NCBI GenBank assembly: GCA_937900325.1 | Contig: CALCEX010000282.1 | Coordinates: 1 to 60,011 of the forward strand | Direction: 5' to 3' | DNA length: 60,011 bases | Source of the DNA: an uncultured Clostridia bacterium | GTDB lineage: Bacteria; Bacillota; Clostridia; Christensenellales; CAG-138 | The notes under the pieces: generated by a model | Databases searched by the model: none | What the model saw: only the letters and a program-made list of their open reading frames with translations | What the model was told of the DNA's origin: nothing | Made by a program: the position numbers and the translations under genes | In this document: positions 27,771 to 36,437 of the stretch, in pieces | Layout: every line of letters begins with the position of its first letter | Position numbering within the stretch: position 1 is the first letter of the stretch

Positions 27771-27806
27771 GCCTCCCTTCGGTTTTGCCGGAGGGAGGCT
27801 TTTTTT
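27771..27806 (+). terminator. Intrinsic terminator after the tRNA
   Basis: GCCTCCCT...AGGGAGGC followed by TTTTTTT. Confidence 0.8.
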
Positions 27807-27820
27807 GCTTTGCTTAGCCT

Positions 27821-28435
27821 TTATTGATGCTCGTACCAGTAGGTCTCGGCGTCGTCGATATTGTCGAAGGCGTCCCAGTTGGCGTCATAAAAGTCCTCCG
27901 GGCCAACGAAGTCCGCCGCGTTGTATGGGTCGTAGTCGCCGCACCCGCTCTCAGATGGGGTCACCGGAAAGAAATCCGGCGTGGGGGAAGGTACAGGCGT
28001 ACAGTGCGCCGCCCTGTATTGCGCCGCGCCGCGCTCGTAGCCGGCCTGCGCCCGCTTCCGCAGCTCGCGTATCCGGGCTGCATACGGCCCTGAGTAATCC
28101 TCGGGTACGTACCTGAGGCGTAATACCGCATCGATATAGTAGCTATGGGAGGTCTTGCCCTTCTCATACAGCTCCAGCGCCTCTATATAGCTGGCGAGCT
28201 CGTATTTATCCTTGTATCCGAAGGGCAGCTCATCCAGCAGCTTTAGCGCCTCGTCCATCCTCCCCTCGTCCATGAGCGCTGTCGCCTCATCATATTCCTC
28301 CGCGTAAGCCGCCTGCGCCCTGCGCTCCGCCCGCGATGAAAGCGCCCTCGCGGCGAACGCCAGCCCCGCTGTAAGCAGCAGCGCGGCGGCAAGCAGCATC
28401 AGCTTTTTCCCGTTTTCGGATATAGCGTTCTTCAT
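27821..28435 (-). CDS. Hypothetical membrane-anchored protein (TPR-like helical segment, acidic aromatic C-terminus)
   Basis: ORF 27821..28435. N-terminal TM segment LMLLAAALLLTAGLAFAA. No family recognised. Confidence 0.6.
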   Translation of the reverse strand: MKNAISENGKKLMLLAAALLLTAGLAFAARALSSRAERRAQAAYAEEYDEATALMDEGRMDEALKLLDELPFGYKDKYELASYIEALELYEKGKTSHSYYIDAVLRLRYVPEDYSGPYAARIRELRKRAQAGYERGAAQYRAAHCTPVPSPTPDFFPVTPSESGCGDYDPYNAADFVGPEDFYDANWDAFDNIDDAETYWYEHQ

Positions 28436-28502
28436 TACAGCTCCCCTTTCATTATTTCCGTGCTTTAAGGGTCATCTCGCATCGCCTGCATGGCTGCTTT
28501 TT

Positions 28503-28533
28503 ATAGTACCATCTGTTGACAAGGGCACACAAG
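28503..28533 (-). promoter_or_regulatory. Conserved 26-nt box with extended -10 promoter (locus A)
   Basis: Minus strand TTGTGT, 18-nt spacer, TGgTACTAT. Box 28508-28533 matches 36127-36152 and 36376-36401. Confidence 0.5.
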
Positions 28534-28559
28534 TATGCGGGAATTATTTTTGTAGGTCA

Positions 28560-28597
28560 ACGGCCGGCGGCTGCGTATGCGCCGGGCCGTTTTTTTA
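28560..28597 (+). terminator. Orphan strong terminator-like hairpin
   Basis: ACGGCCGGCG...CGCCGGGCCGT followed by TTTTTTT. No plus-strand gene lies upstream. Confidence 0.5.
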
Positions 28598-28734
28598 TTT
28601 CTTCCGGTTTTTCAGCGCAGCCCCTTCACCGCCCGCTGTGAAATCGGTATAACCGATAAAGGCGGCGGTAATATCTGAAATCCGTTTTGACAGGCAGGCC
28701 GGCGCTTATGCATAATAGGAGGCGCTGAAATGCT

Positions 28735-29841
28735 ATGAACTATGAAAGCGAATGTGATTATATGCTCCAAGATCTCCGGGTAAATTCGGAAAACGCCGCA
28801 AGGCCTGCCCAGCTATCCAACCTTACGCGCCGCCAGCTTAAGGAGCTGGAGGAAAAGGAAAAGACCCCCGCGCAAAAGCTGAAGGAAACCGTCGTCATGC
28901 TCCTTCCGCTGCTGTGCGGCTGCGCTGCGCTGTTGGAATACCTGATCCTGCCTAACAACAGCAGGAACTCAAGGCCCTGGAGCTACGTCTGGGCGCTGGG
29001 CGCAGCCATGTGCGCTTATCTGTTGTGCCTGCTCCTCTCGCTGCTGAAGAAGCGCAAGGGCGAAAAGCGGTTATATGGAAAGCTTCACTATAAGGCGCCC
29101 CACTTTTCGGCGCTGTTCCTTTTTCTCGCCCTGTACGACTATCTAACTCTTAAAACAGGCATTCTGACGCAGCCCTTCGTGCCCTGCATGAATTACATAA
29201 TAAACGCCTTTCTGGCGGACTACAAGCTGCTGGCGGACTGCACGCTGAATACGCTCAAGCTGCTGTTCCTCGGCTATTTTACAGGCGTATCGCTGGGCCT
29301 CATAACGGGCATTGCCTGCGGCTATTCCAATCGGGCGCGCTACTGGCTGGATCCCATCATCAAATTCCTGGGCCCCATCCCCACCTCCACATGGATACCC
29401 ATAATCATGGTAGTGGCGAGCTCCCTCTTCGGCGGCGCGGTGTTCATAATCGCCCTCGGCTCCTGGTTTGCCGTGACCGTCGCCTCTCTTACGGGCATTT
29501 CGAATGTGGGCAAGGAATACTTTGAGGCGGCGAGGACGCTGGGCGCTACCAACCGCCAGCTGGTGTTCCGGGTGGCGATCCCCCATGCCATGCCCTCCAT
29601 CCTGCAGGGCTGCACACAGGCTATGAGCTCCTCCTGCGTGGCTATAATGATAGCCGAAATGCTGGGCGTAAAGTCCGGCCTCGGCTGGTACATGACATGG
29701 CAGACCGGCTGGGCAAGCTATGATAAATCCTTTGCCGCACTATTTGTGATCTGCCTGATATTCACGCTGGTCACAAACGGGCTGGAGCGGATAAAGCGCT
29801 ATCTGCTCAGATGGCAGAACGGAGCGGATAACAATGTCTGA
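28735..29841 (+). CDS. ABC transporter permease (nitrate/sulfonate/taurine family) with a ~100-aa N-terminal extension
   Basis: ORF 28735..29841. A TTGACA, 18-nt spacer, CATAAT promoter lies upstream. Permease core carries an EAA-type loop (EAARTLGATNRQLVFRVAIP). Confidence 0.82.
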   Translation: MNYESECDYMLQDLRVNSENAARPAQLSNLTRRQLKELEEKEKTPAQKLKETVVMLLPLLCGCAALLEYLILPNNSRNSRPWSYVWALGAAMCAYLLCLLLSLLKKRKGEKRLYGKLHYKAPHFSALFLFLALYDYLTLKTGILTQPFVPCMNYIINAFLADYKLLADCTLNTLKLLFLGYFTGVSLGLITGIACGYSNRARYWLDPIIKFLGPIPTSTWIPIIMVVASSLFGGAVFIIALGSWFAVTVASLTGISNVGKEYFEAARTLGATNRQLVFRVAIPHAMPSILQGCTQAMSSSCVAIMIAEMLGVKSGLGWYMTWQTGWASYDKSFAALFVICLIFTLVTNGLERIKRYLLRWQNGADNNV

Positions 29842-30613
29842 AGAAAAGAACAATGTTCGCCTGAAAATCGAAAATGTCAGCAAGGTTTTCGCAAAGGTAG
29901 AGAGCGATCAGGTCACCCATGCGCTGCATGACGTGAGCGTGGAGATGTCCGGCGGGGAATTCGTCTCGCTGGTGGGGCCCTCCGGCTGCGGTAAATCCAC
30001 GATCCTTCGCCTTGTGGCGGGGCTTATCCCGCCCACCCTGGGCCGCGTAACGGTCAGCGGCGAGGAGATAAGCGGCCCCTCCCCCAGCAGAGGGCTGGTG
30101 TTCCAGAATCCCACGCTTTTCCCGTGGCTGACTGCGGAGAAGAATATTTCCTTCAGCCTGGATCTGCGGGGCGACGACAGGGGAAAGGCGGAAAAGGTGG
30201 AGCATATGCTGGAGATAACCGGACTGGAGCAATTCCGGCATGATTATCCGGCGCAGCTTTCCGGCGGCATGGCCCAGCGGGTCGCCCTGGTCCGCACCCT
30301 TATCAACGAGCCGGAGATACTGCTTCTGGACGAGCCCCTTGGCGCGCTGGACGAGTTCACGCGAATGAGCATGCAGGACGAGATACTGAATATCTGGATG
30401 CAGAAAAAGCAGCTTGCCCTTATGGTGACCCACAGCATCGACGAGGCCGTCTATATGGGTACCCGCGTGCTGGTGATGGAGGCAAATCCGGGGCGGATAG
30501 TCGCGGACATCCGCATAGACGGGGATTTCCCCCGGGACCGTTCCTCCGCAAGCTTTGTGGAGTACCGCAACGAGATACTGAACAGGCTGCATTTCGGCGG
30601 AAAACGCCGATGA
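29834..30613 (+). CDS. ABC transporter ATP-binding protein (SsuB/TauB-like)
   Basis: ORF 29834..30613. Motifs GPSGCGKST, LSGGMAQR and ILLLDEP. Confidence 0.9.
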   Translation: MSEEKNNVRLKIENVSKVFAKVESDQVTHALHDVSVEMSGGEFVSLVGPSGCGKSTILRLVAGLIPPTLGRVTVSGEEISGPSPSRGLVFQNPTLFPWLTAEKNISFSLDLRGDDRGKAEKVEHMLEITGLEQFRHDYPAQLSGGMAQRVALVRTLINEPEILLLDEPLGALDEFTRMSMQDEILNIWMQKKQLALMVTHSIDEAVYMGTRVLVMEANPGRIVADIRIDGDFPRDRSSASFVEYRNEILNRLHFGGKRR

Positions 30614-30678
30614 CGGATACGCCTCTACCGGGCGGCGCTGCCGCCTTGTAAATAAACAATAAACAAGAGGAGAAAGAA

Positions 30679-31896
30679 ATGAACGCAAAGAAATTTGTAG
30701 CCCTGGGACTGGCATTGGTCCTGGCGCTGTCCATGTGCGCCTGCGCAGGCGTGGAAACCAGCGGCGACGCCGAGGGCGACGCTGCCGCCTCTACCGTTAT
30801 AGCCGATTCCAACAACGACGGCCAGATCGAGGTCGGCACCGTTGAGGACGTCGAAGTAAACGAAGCAAGCGAGCATCTCGACGCTGCCGAGGCCTCCGCC
30901 TCCGGCAAGTGGGAGGCGCTGTTCGTTCCCATCGATATCGAAGGCCGCGCTATCGATATGGCCAATTTTAACCTGACCCCCACCGCAGAAGAGCTTGAGG
31001 CCATGAAGAAGGAGCCCGCTTACGGCCGCGCTATCCATTACTTCATGTCTGACGGCTGCACCTCCGGCCCCACCATGGCGGATCATCTCGGCTATTACAA
31101 GGAAGCCGGCCTGACTGCCGAGGGCGTTAAGGGCAGCAGCGATGTAGAAGCGCTCGGCACCGGTCAGGTAGACGTTGCCGCCGGCATGATGGCAAAGCTG
31201 CTTGTCCCCATAACCAACGGCGTGGACATCACCTTCGTAGGCGGCACCCACATCGGCTGCAAGTCCCTGTATGTCCTCGCGGACAGCAGCTACAACACCA
31301 CCGCCGACCTCAAGGGCCAGAAGATCTCCGCCCCCAACGGCATCGGCAAATCCGACTACAATATCGTAGCGCTTCTGCTTGACGCCGATGGGATCAATTA
31401 CTCCACCGATGTTGAGGTCGTGCAGGTCTCTGCCGACGCCTGCGTCACCGCTATGGAAAACGGCGAGATAGCCGCCGCGCTCCTCAGCGATACCTTTGCC
31501 TACTCCATGGTCAAGGATGGCAAGCTCAAGTGCATCCGCTCCCAGCTGGACAGCGACTTTGCAAACCGCACCTGCTGCGTAATGGCAATGAACGGCACCT
31601 TTGTAAAGGAAAATCCCACCATCGCCAAGAAGGTCGAGCAGGCCGTTCAGAAGGCCCACAGCTGGATGCGCGACAACTCCGAGGAAGCCACCAAGGTGCT
31701 TATGGACATGGGCTGGAACGGCGGCAACTATGAGATGAACATCATGATCAACAATTCGCTGCAGTTCGGCCTTTCCGATGAGTTTACCGGCAACACGCTC
31801 AAGGACTTCATTGAGCGCTATATCCGCCTCGGCCTCATCACCTCCATGGATAACGCCGACGAGGTGCTGAAGCTGGCATGGAACCCGGTACTCTAA
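30679..31896 (+). CDS. ABC transporter substrate-binding lipoprotein (NMT1/THI5-like)
   Basis: ORF 30679..31896. Signal peptide with Cys (LSMCAC). Confidence 0.8.
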   Translation: MNAKKFVALGLALVLALSMCACAGVETSGDAEGDAAASTVIADSNNDGQIEVGTVEDVEVNEASEHLDAAEASASGKWEALFVPIDIEGRAIDMANFNLTPTAEELEAMKKEPAYGRAIHYFMSDGCTSGPTMADHLGYYKEAGLTAEGVKGSSDVEALGTGQVDVAAGMMAKLLVPITNGVDITFVGGTHIGCKSLYVLADSSYNTTADLKGQKISAPNGIGKSDYNIVALLLDADGINYSTDVEVVQVSADACVTAMENGEIAAALLSDTFAYSMVKDGKLKCIRSQLDSDFANRTCCVMAMNGTFVKENPTIAKKVEQAVQKAHSWMRDNSEEATKVLMDMGWNGGNYEMNIMINNSLQFGLSDEFTGNTLKDFIERYIRLGLITSMDNADEVLKLAWNPVL

Positions 31897-31972
31897 ACCT
31901 CTCTTAAAACGTCAACTCAAGGCCGTCGGCTAAAAACCGGCGGTTTTTTTATTAAAATTTTGCCAAAACCTA

Positions 31973-32001
31973 TTGACAGGAGCGGCCGGAAAAAGTATAA
32001 T
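31973..32001 (+). promoter_or_regulatory. Promoter of cysK
   Basis: TTGACA, 17-nt spacer, TATAAT. Preceded by a terminator at about 31922-31950. Confidence 0.7.
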
Positions 32002-32063
32002 ACTACCAACCTACCTGATTGGTGGTATTTAAAGTGAATTTATTTTTAAGGAGATACTGTACC

Positions 32064-32996
32064 ATGTCAAGGATCTTTACCTCAGCCGATCAGCTTATCG
32101 GCCATACTCCCCTCATGGAGCTTACCCACATAGAAAAGAATAACGGCCTCAAGGCAAAGCTGCTTGCAAAGCTGGAATACTTCAACCCGGCGGGCAGCGT
32201 AAAGGACAGGATCGCCAAGGCCATGATAGACGACGCGGAGGCAAAGGGCCTCCTGAAGCCGGGTTCCGTCATAATAGAGCCCACCTCCGGCAATACCGGC
32301 ATAGGCCTGGCCTCCGTTGCCGCAGCCCGCGGCTATCGGATAATCATAGTAATGCCTGAGACGATGAGCGTTGAACGCAGGCAGCTGATGAAGGCCTACG
32401 GCGCGGAGCTGGTGCTTACCGAGGGAGCGAAGGGCATGAAGGGCGCGATTGCCAAGGCCGATGAGCTTTCCAAAGAGATCCCGAACAGCTTCGTTCCCGG
32501 CCAGTTTGTCAACCCCGCCAACCCCAGGGCCCACTTTGAGACTACCGGCCCCGAGATATTCGAGGATACCGACGGCAAGGTCGATATATTCGTAGCCGGC
32601 GTAGGCACCGGCGGCACCATAACCGGCGTAGGCCAGTATCTCAAGTCCAAAAACCCTGGGGTTAAGATAGTCGCGGTAGAGCCTGAAAGCTCCCCGGTGC
32701 TCTCCACCGGCGTTGCGGGCCCCCACAAGATACAGGGCATAGGCGCGGGCTTCGTGCCGGACGTACTGGATACGAAGGTATACGACGAGATAATCCCCGT
32801 AACCAACGAGGACGCATTCGCCACCGGCCGCGAGATAGGCAGGAGCGAGGGCGTACTGGTAGGCATTTCCTCCGGCGCCGCGCTGTGGGCGGGAATAGAG
32901 CTCGCAAAGCGGCCCGAGAACGCCGGCAAGACCATTGTGGTGCTGCTGCCGGATACCGGCGACAGGTATCTGTCAACTCCCCTGTTTGCAGACTGA
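32064..32996 (+). CDS. cysK: Cysteine synthase A (O-acetylserine sulfhydrylase)
   Basis: ATG at 32064 after AAGGAGA. Motifs SVKDR, TSGNTG and [10 protein letters not shown]. Confidence 0.93.
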   Translation: MSRIFTSADQLIGHTPLMELTHIEKNNGLKAKLLAKLEYFNPAGSVKDRIAKAMIDDAEAKGLLKPGSVIIEPTSGNTGIGLASVAAARGYRIIIVMPETMSVERRQLMKAYGAELVLTEGAKGMKGAIAKADELSKEIPNSFVPGQFVNPANPRAHFETTGPEIFEDTDGKVDIFVAGVGTGGTITGVGQYLKSKNPGVKIVAVEPESSPVLSTGVAGPHKIQGIGAGFVPDVLDTKVYDEIIPVTNEDAFATGREIGRSEGVLVGISSGAALWAGIELAKRPENAGKTIVVLLPDTGDRYLSTPLFAD

Positions 32997-33015
32997 TAAA
33001 TTTACTGTATAATAA

Positions 33016-33045
33016 AGTGTCACGGCAGCGCCGTGGCACTTTTTT
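33016..33045 (+). terminator. Intrinsic terminator after cysK
   Basis: AGTGTCACGGC-agc-GCCGTGGCACT followed by TTTTT. Confidence 0.8.
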
Positions 33046-33064
33046 GAAAGGAATCGGACTTCCA

Positions 33065-34210
33065 ATGGAGATCACCGTTCAAGAGCTTGCCGCTCTCGAC
33101 CCTGATGGATATGTGCTGCTGGATATTCGCGGCAGCGAGGCACGGGAATATGGGTCCATACCCGGCTCCGCCGGAGTTTCGGCGGAGGAGCTTTCCGGTT
33201 ATGACGGCGACAGGGGCAAAAAGGTCATAATATACTGCGCCCGGGGACAGTTCAGCCTTGACGCGGCGATAGAGCTCCGGGAGAGGGGCTATGACGCATA
33301 CAGCCTTTCCGGCGGCTATCTTTCATGGCTGCATGATGAGATGGAAAAGCAGGAGGCGGAGGCGCTGTGCCGCCAGGTCGAGGAAAGCATACGCAAGCGC
33401 TTCCACAGCAGGATCTGGTGCTGCTTCACCCGTGCCATACGGGAGTATGAGCTTGTAAAGGAGGGGGACAGGATCGCGGTATGCATATCCGGTGGCAAGG
33501 ATTCCATGCTCATGGCAAAGCTCTTTCAGGAATTAAAGCTGCATAACAAATTCCCCTTCGAGGTGGAGTTTTTAGTGATGGACCCGGGGTACAGCCCGGA
33601 GAACCGCCGCGTAATAGAGGAAAACGCCGGAAAGCTCAACATACCCATACGCATATTCGAATCAGACATATTCGAGTCGGTCTATCATGTTCAAAAGTCC
33701 CCCTGCTATCTCTGCGCGAGGATGCGCAGGGGATACCTCTACCGCTACGCAAAGGAGCTGGGCTGCAACAAAATAGCGCTGGGACACCACTATGACGACG
33801 TTATAGAGACCATACTGATGGGTATGCTGTGGGGGGCTCAGGTGCAGACCATGATGCCCAAGCTCCACAGCACGAATTTCGAGGGCATGGAGCTTATACG
33901 CCCGCTTTACTATGTCCGGGAGGACGCCATAAAGGCATGGCGGGACTGCAACGGCCTGCACTTCATACAATGCGCCTGCAAATTCACGGATACCTGCACC
34001 ACCTGCACGAATAACGAGACAAGGTCCAAGCGCATGGAGGTGAAAAACCTCATACGAGAGATGAAAAAAACGAACCCCGGCGTAGAGGCGCATATATTCA
34101 GAAGCATGGAAAACGTCAGCCTGGACGCCGTAATAGCCTACAAGACAAAGGGACGGAAGGTCCATTTTCTGGATAACTACGACAGCGCCGGCGGAGACGG
34201 CGAGGTATAA
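33065..34210 (+). CDS. Rhodanese domain fused to a TtcA-family PP-loop tRNA thiolation ATPase
   Basis: ATG at 33065 within ORF 32885..34210. N-terminal rhodanese domain with the YCARGQFS loop. PP-loop CISGGKDS. Cys motifs CYLCARMRRG and CACKFTDTCTTC. Confidence 0.82.
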   Translation: MEITVQELAALDPDGYVLLDIRGSEAREYGSIPGSAGVSAEELSGYDGDRGKKVIIYCARGQFSLDAAIELRERGYDAYSLSGGYLSWLHDEMEKQEAEALCRQVEESIRKRFHSRIWCCFTRAIREYELVKEGDRIAVCISGGKDSMLMAKLFQELKLHNKFPFEVEFLVMDPGYSPENRRVIEENAGKLNIPIRIFESDIFESVYHVQKSPCYLCARMRRGYLYRYAKELGCNKIALGHHYDDVIETILMGMLWGAQVQTMMPKLHSTNFEGMELIRPLYYVREDAIKAWRDCNGLHFIQCACKFTDTCTTCTNNETRSKRMEVKNLIREMKKTNPGVEAHIFRSMENVSLDAVIAYKTKGRKVHFLDNYDSAGGDGEV

Positions 34211-34255
34211 AAGATGCGCGGCACGCATTCAGCGGGCCGCGCATTTATATCGAGC

Positions 34256-34681
34256 TTATATCACATAATTGTCCGCCGTCGGAGTCTTCATTATATCCGC
34301 CAGGGTTATATCCGAAAAGTACTTTTTCGTCAGGTCGTAATAGCCCTGCCATACCGGCAGCGTCCTGCACTCCGCAGCCATTTTGCAGGGGGCCGCCCCG
34401 CTCTGAAGGCAGGCCACCGGCGCAAGATCCCCCTCGGCCACGCTCAGTATGTCCCAAAGGGTATACCTGTCCGGATCACGGGCAAGGCGGTATCCTCCGC
34501 CTATCCCGTGGGAGCTTTCTATAAAGCCTGCGGCCTTCAATGGCGGCATTATCCGTTCTATGTATTTAAGCGATATATTCTGCCGGGCGGCCACGTCCTT
34601 TATGGGGATATACGCCCCGGTGTTATGCTCCGCCAGATCCAAAAGTATGCGTATGGAATACCTTCCCCGGGTAGATATCAT
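34256..34681 (-). CDS. Rrf2 family transcriptional regulator (IscR/CymR-like, three-Cys cluster motif)
   Basis: C-terminal 141 aa of ORF 34256..35848, starting MISTRGRYSIRILLDLA. Cys pattern C-x7-C-x5-C (CLQSGAAPCKMAAEC). Confidence 0.88.
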   Translation of the reverse strand: MISTRGRYSIRILLDLAEHNTGAYIPIKDVAARQNISLKYIERIMPPLKAAGFIESSHGIGGGYRLARDPDRYTLWDILSVAEGDLAPVACLQSGAAPCKMAAECRTLPVWQGYYDLTKKYFSDITLADIMKTPTADNYVI

Positions 34682-34834
34682 GGTTCGTTTCTCCTTTATA
34701 TATAAATGGATTATACTACCTGTATGCGGGTTTGGGCAATGGTTTTGTAGCGTTCCCCCGCGGGGCGCGTTTTCATCAGGCCGGTTATGTGGTAAAATAA
34801 CTTTTATCTTTTGCAAAAGAGAGGGAGGCGCTGT

Positions 34835-35449
34835 ATGACGGCGGCAAAATGCGGCATAATATCCGGCGGAGAGCGGGATACCCTGAACGGCATAGAGGAG
34901 TGCGATTTCATCATCGCCTGCGACAGGGGCTACCAATACGCGAGGGAGGCGGGCGTGCGCCCCGATCTGCTCATCGGCGATTTCGACTCGTATAACGGCC
35001 CCCTGCCCGAGGATATCCCGCGCCTGAGCCTGCCCGCCGAAAAAGACGATACGGACACCATGGCGGCGGTGCGCTGCGCCATAGCGCAGGGCTTTTGCGA
35101 GCTGAGGCTGTACTGCGCCCTTGGCGGCAGGACGGATCACCTGCTGGGCAACATACAGGCCCTTTCCTTCTGCGCGGAGCGGGGCGTGCGCGCCGCGATC
35201 ATAGGCGGCGGCTGCCGCATAGACGTGATAAGGGATTCGGATATTTCCCTTGAAAAACAAAATGGATATTTTTCCGTGATATCCCTGAGCGACGTCAGCA
35301 CCGTCACCATAGAGAACGCAAAGTACGAGCTCTCCGGCGCTCTCCTTACCAACTCCTTCCCGATAGGGGTGAGCAACCGCTGGAAAAACGGCGCGGCGCG
35401 GGTAAGGGTCAGGAACGGGACCGCGGCGGTCATCAGGATAAAGGAATAG
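34835..35449 (+). CDS. thiN: Thiamine diphosphokinase
   Basis: ATG at 34835 after GAGGGAGG. Motifs LLIGDFDS and EKDDTD. Confidence 0.85.
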   Translation: MTAAKCGIISGGERDTLNGIEECDFIIACDRGYQYAREAGVRPDLLIGDFDSYNGPLPEDIPRLSLPAEKDDTDTMAAVRCAIAQGFCELRLYCALGGRTDHLLGNIQALSFCAERGVRAAIIGGGCRIDVIRDSDISLEKQNGYFSVISLSDVSTVTIENAKYELSGALLTNSFPIGVSNRWKNGAARVRVRNGTAAVIRIKE

Positions 35450-35540
35450 CCTTTGTATATCTTTCCTGTCTTTCGTCCATACTATCCTCAAAAGCCCCAT
35501 ATGCGGGCAAATAAGCAAAATATCAAGGAGGAAACTCAGT

Positions 35541-36017
35541 ATGATGAAGAAGACAGCGGCGATGATGCTGGCAATTGCGCTGATAACTGCGTTTGCAGGC
35601 TGCGCGCCCCAGGACACGCCTTCCCCAAGCCCCAGCCCGGCGGCGGCAGCTACCCCTGCGGCCTCCCCCGCGGTTTCGCCCCAGGTCACCAATAACGCTG
35701 GCCCCAACACCCAGGGCAATGCCGAGGGCGTTATAGAGGGCTTCAGGGAGGGCGAAGTAGTGGATACGGACAAGCTTCCCGAAAAGGTAAAGACCGCCGT
35801 AAAGGAGAAATACCCCGAGGCGGCCATAAAGACCGTCACCTTCGCCACCTATGAGAATCAGCAGCTCTATAAGGTACTGCTGCAAAAGACCGAAAACGAT
35901 ACCACCGAGGAGGTGTATGTCACCGCCAACGGCGTCATAATACCCGCGAAGGCCACCGCCGCGGCAACTCCCGGCGCATCTCCCGCAGGCACAAAGGCTC
36001 CCGAAAAGAAAAAATAA
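35541..36017 (+). CDS. PepSY-like lipoprotein
   Basis: ORF 35541..36017. Lipobox FAGC, Pro/Ala-rich linker, PepSY-like beta-rich domain. Confidence 0.65.
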   Translation: MMKKTAAMMLAIALITAFAGCAPQDTPSPSPSPAAAATPAASPAVSPQVTNNAGPNTQGNAEGVIEGFREGEVVDTDKLPEKVKTAVKEKYPEAAIKTVTFATYENQQLYKVLLQKTENDTTEEVYVTANGVIIPAKATAAATPGASPAGTKAPEKKK

Positions 36018-36028
36018 CGCCATACGGA

Positions 36029-36055
36029 AAGCGGCCTCGCGCCGCTTATTTTTTT
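36029..36055 (+). terminator. Intrinsic terminator
   Basis: AAGCGGC-ctcgc-GCCGCTT followed by a T-run. Confidence 0.75.
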
Positions 36056-36126
36056 CAATTTGGTACAAATTGCAAAAAATACATAAAAAAAAGAGAGCCT
36101 GTGGGAAATTCCCCGTAAACTCTGGC

Positions 36127-36401
36127 ACCATCAGTTGACAAGGACACACAAGGTTTTAGGAGCCAAATAGCACGGCATAGCCGCGTCGTCCTCATTTGAA
36201 ATACAACCAGTATTTCTGCACTCGTCCTCCTTGCCCTGCCATACTCTTTGGCTTCTAAAACTCAAAGACCCTAAAGAGCTTGTTTTGAGGGCGATCCAAG
36301 GCCGAGGAGTGCAGTACTACTGGATGTAATACAAGCGACGAGAACGCAGGAGCGTCCCAAAGCAAGCCTTTAGGGCTTGTGTGCTCTTGCCAACTGATGG
36401 T
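36127..36401. repeat. ~275-bp quasi-palindrome with 26-nt terminal inverted repeats
   Basis: ACCATCAGTTGACAAGGACACACAAG (36127-36152) versus the reverse complement of 36376-36401 (23/26 identical). The arms stay partially similar inward, e.g. CCAGTAtttCTGCACTC versus CCAGTAgtaCTGCACTC. Confidence 0.8.
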
Positions 36402-36406
36402 AGAAT
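36377..36406 (+). promoter_or_regulatory. Extended -10 promoter of the Zn-metallopeptidase gene
   Basis: TTGTGT, 18-nt spacer, TGgTAGAAT. The -35 and spacer lie inside the right terminal repeat. Confidence 0.5.
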
Positions 36407-36437
36407 AAACAAAAACGCAACTGGGAGGTCTTGTAAT

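Noticed and set aside
34682-35848. Upstream part of the 530-aa ORF 34256..35848
   Set aside because: Only the last 141 aa match Rrf2 regulators. The remainder is antisense to thiN and the PepSY-like lipoprotein gene.
36153-36290. GTTTTAG... motifs resembling type II CRISPR repeats or tracrRNA anti-repeats
   Set aside because: These are single short matches that form part of local inverted repeats. There is no repeat-spacer periodicity and no cas9 or other cas genes.
36127-36401. 6S RNA or SRP RNA identity for the quasi-palindrome
   Set aside because: The SRP helix-8 core (GUCAGGUCCGGAAGGAAGCAGC) is absent. The element is much longer than typical 6S RNA and has no obvious upstream promoter. 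The idea remains open but is not supported.
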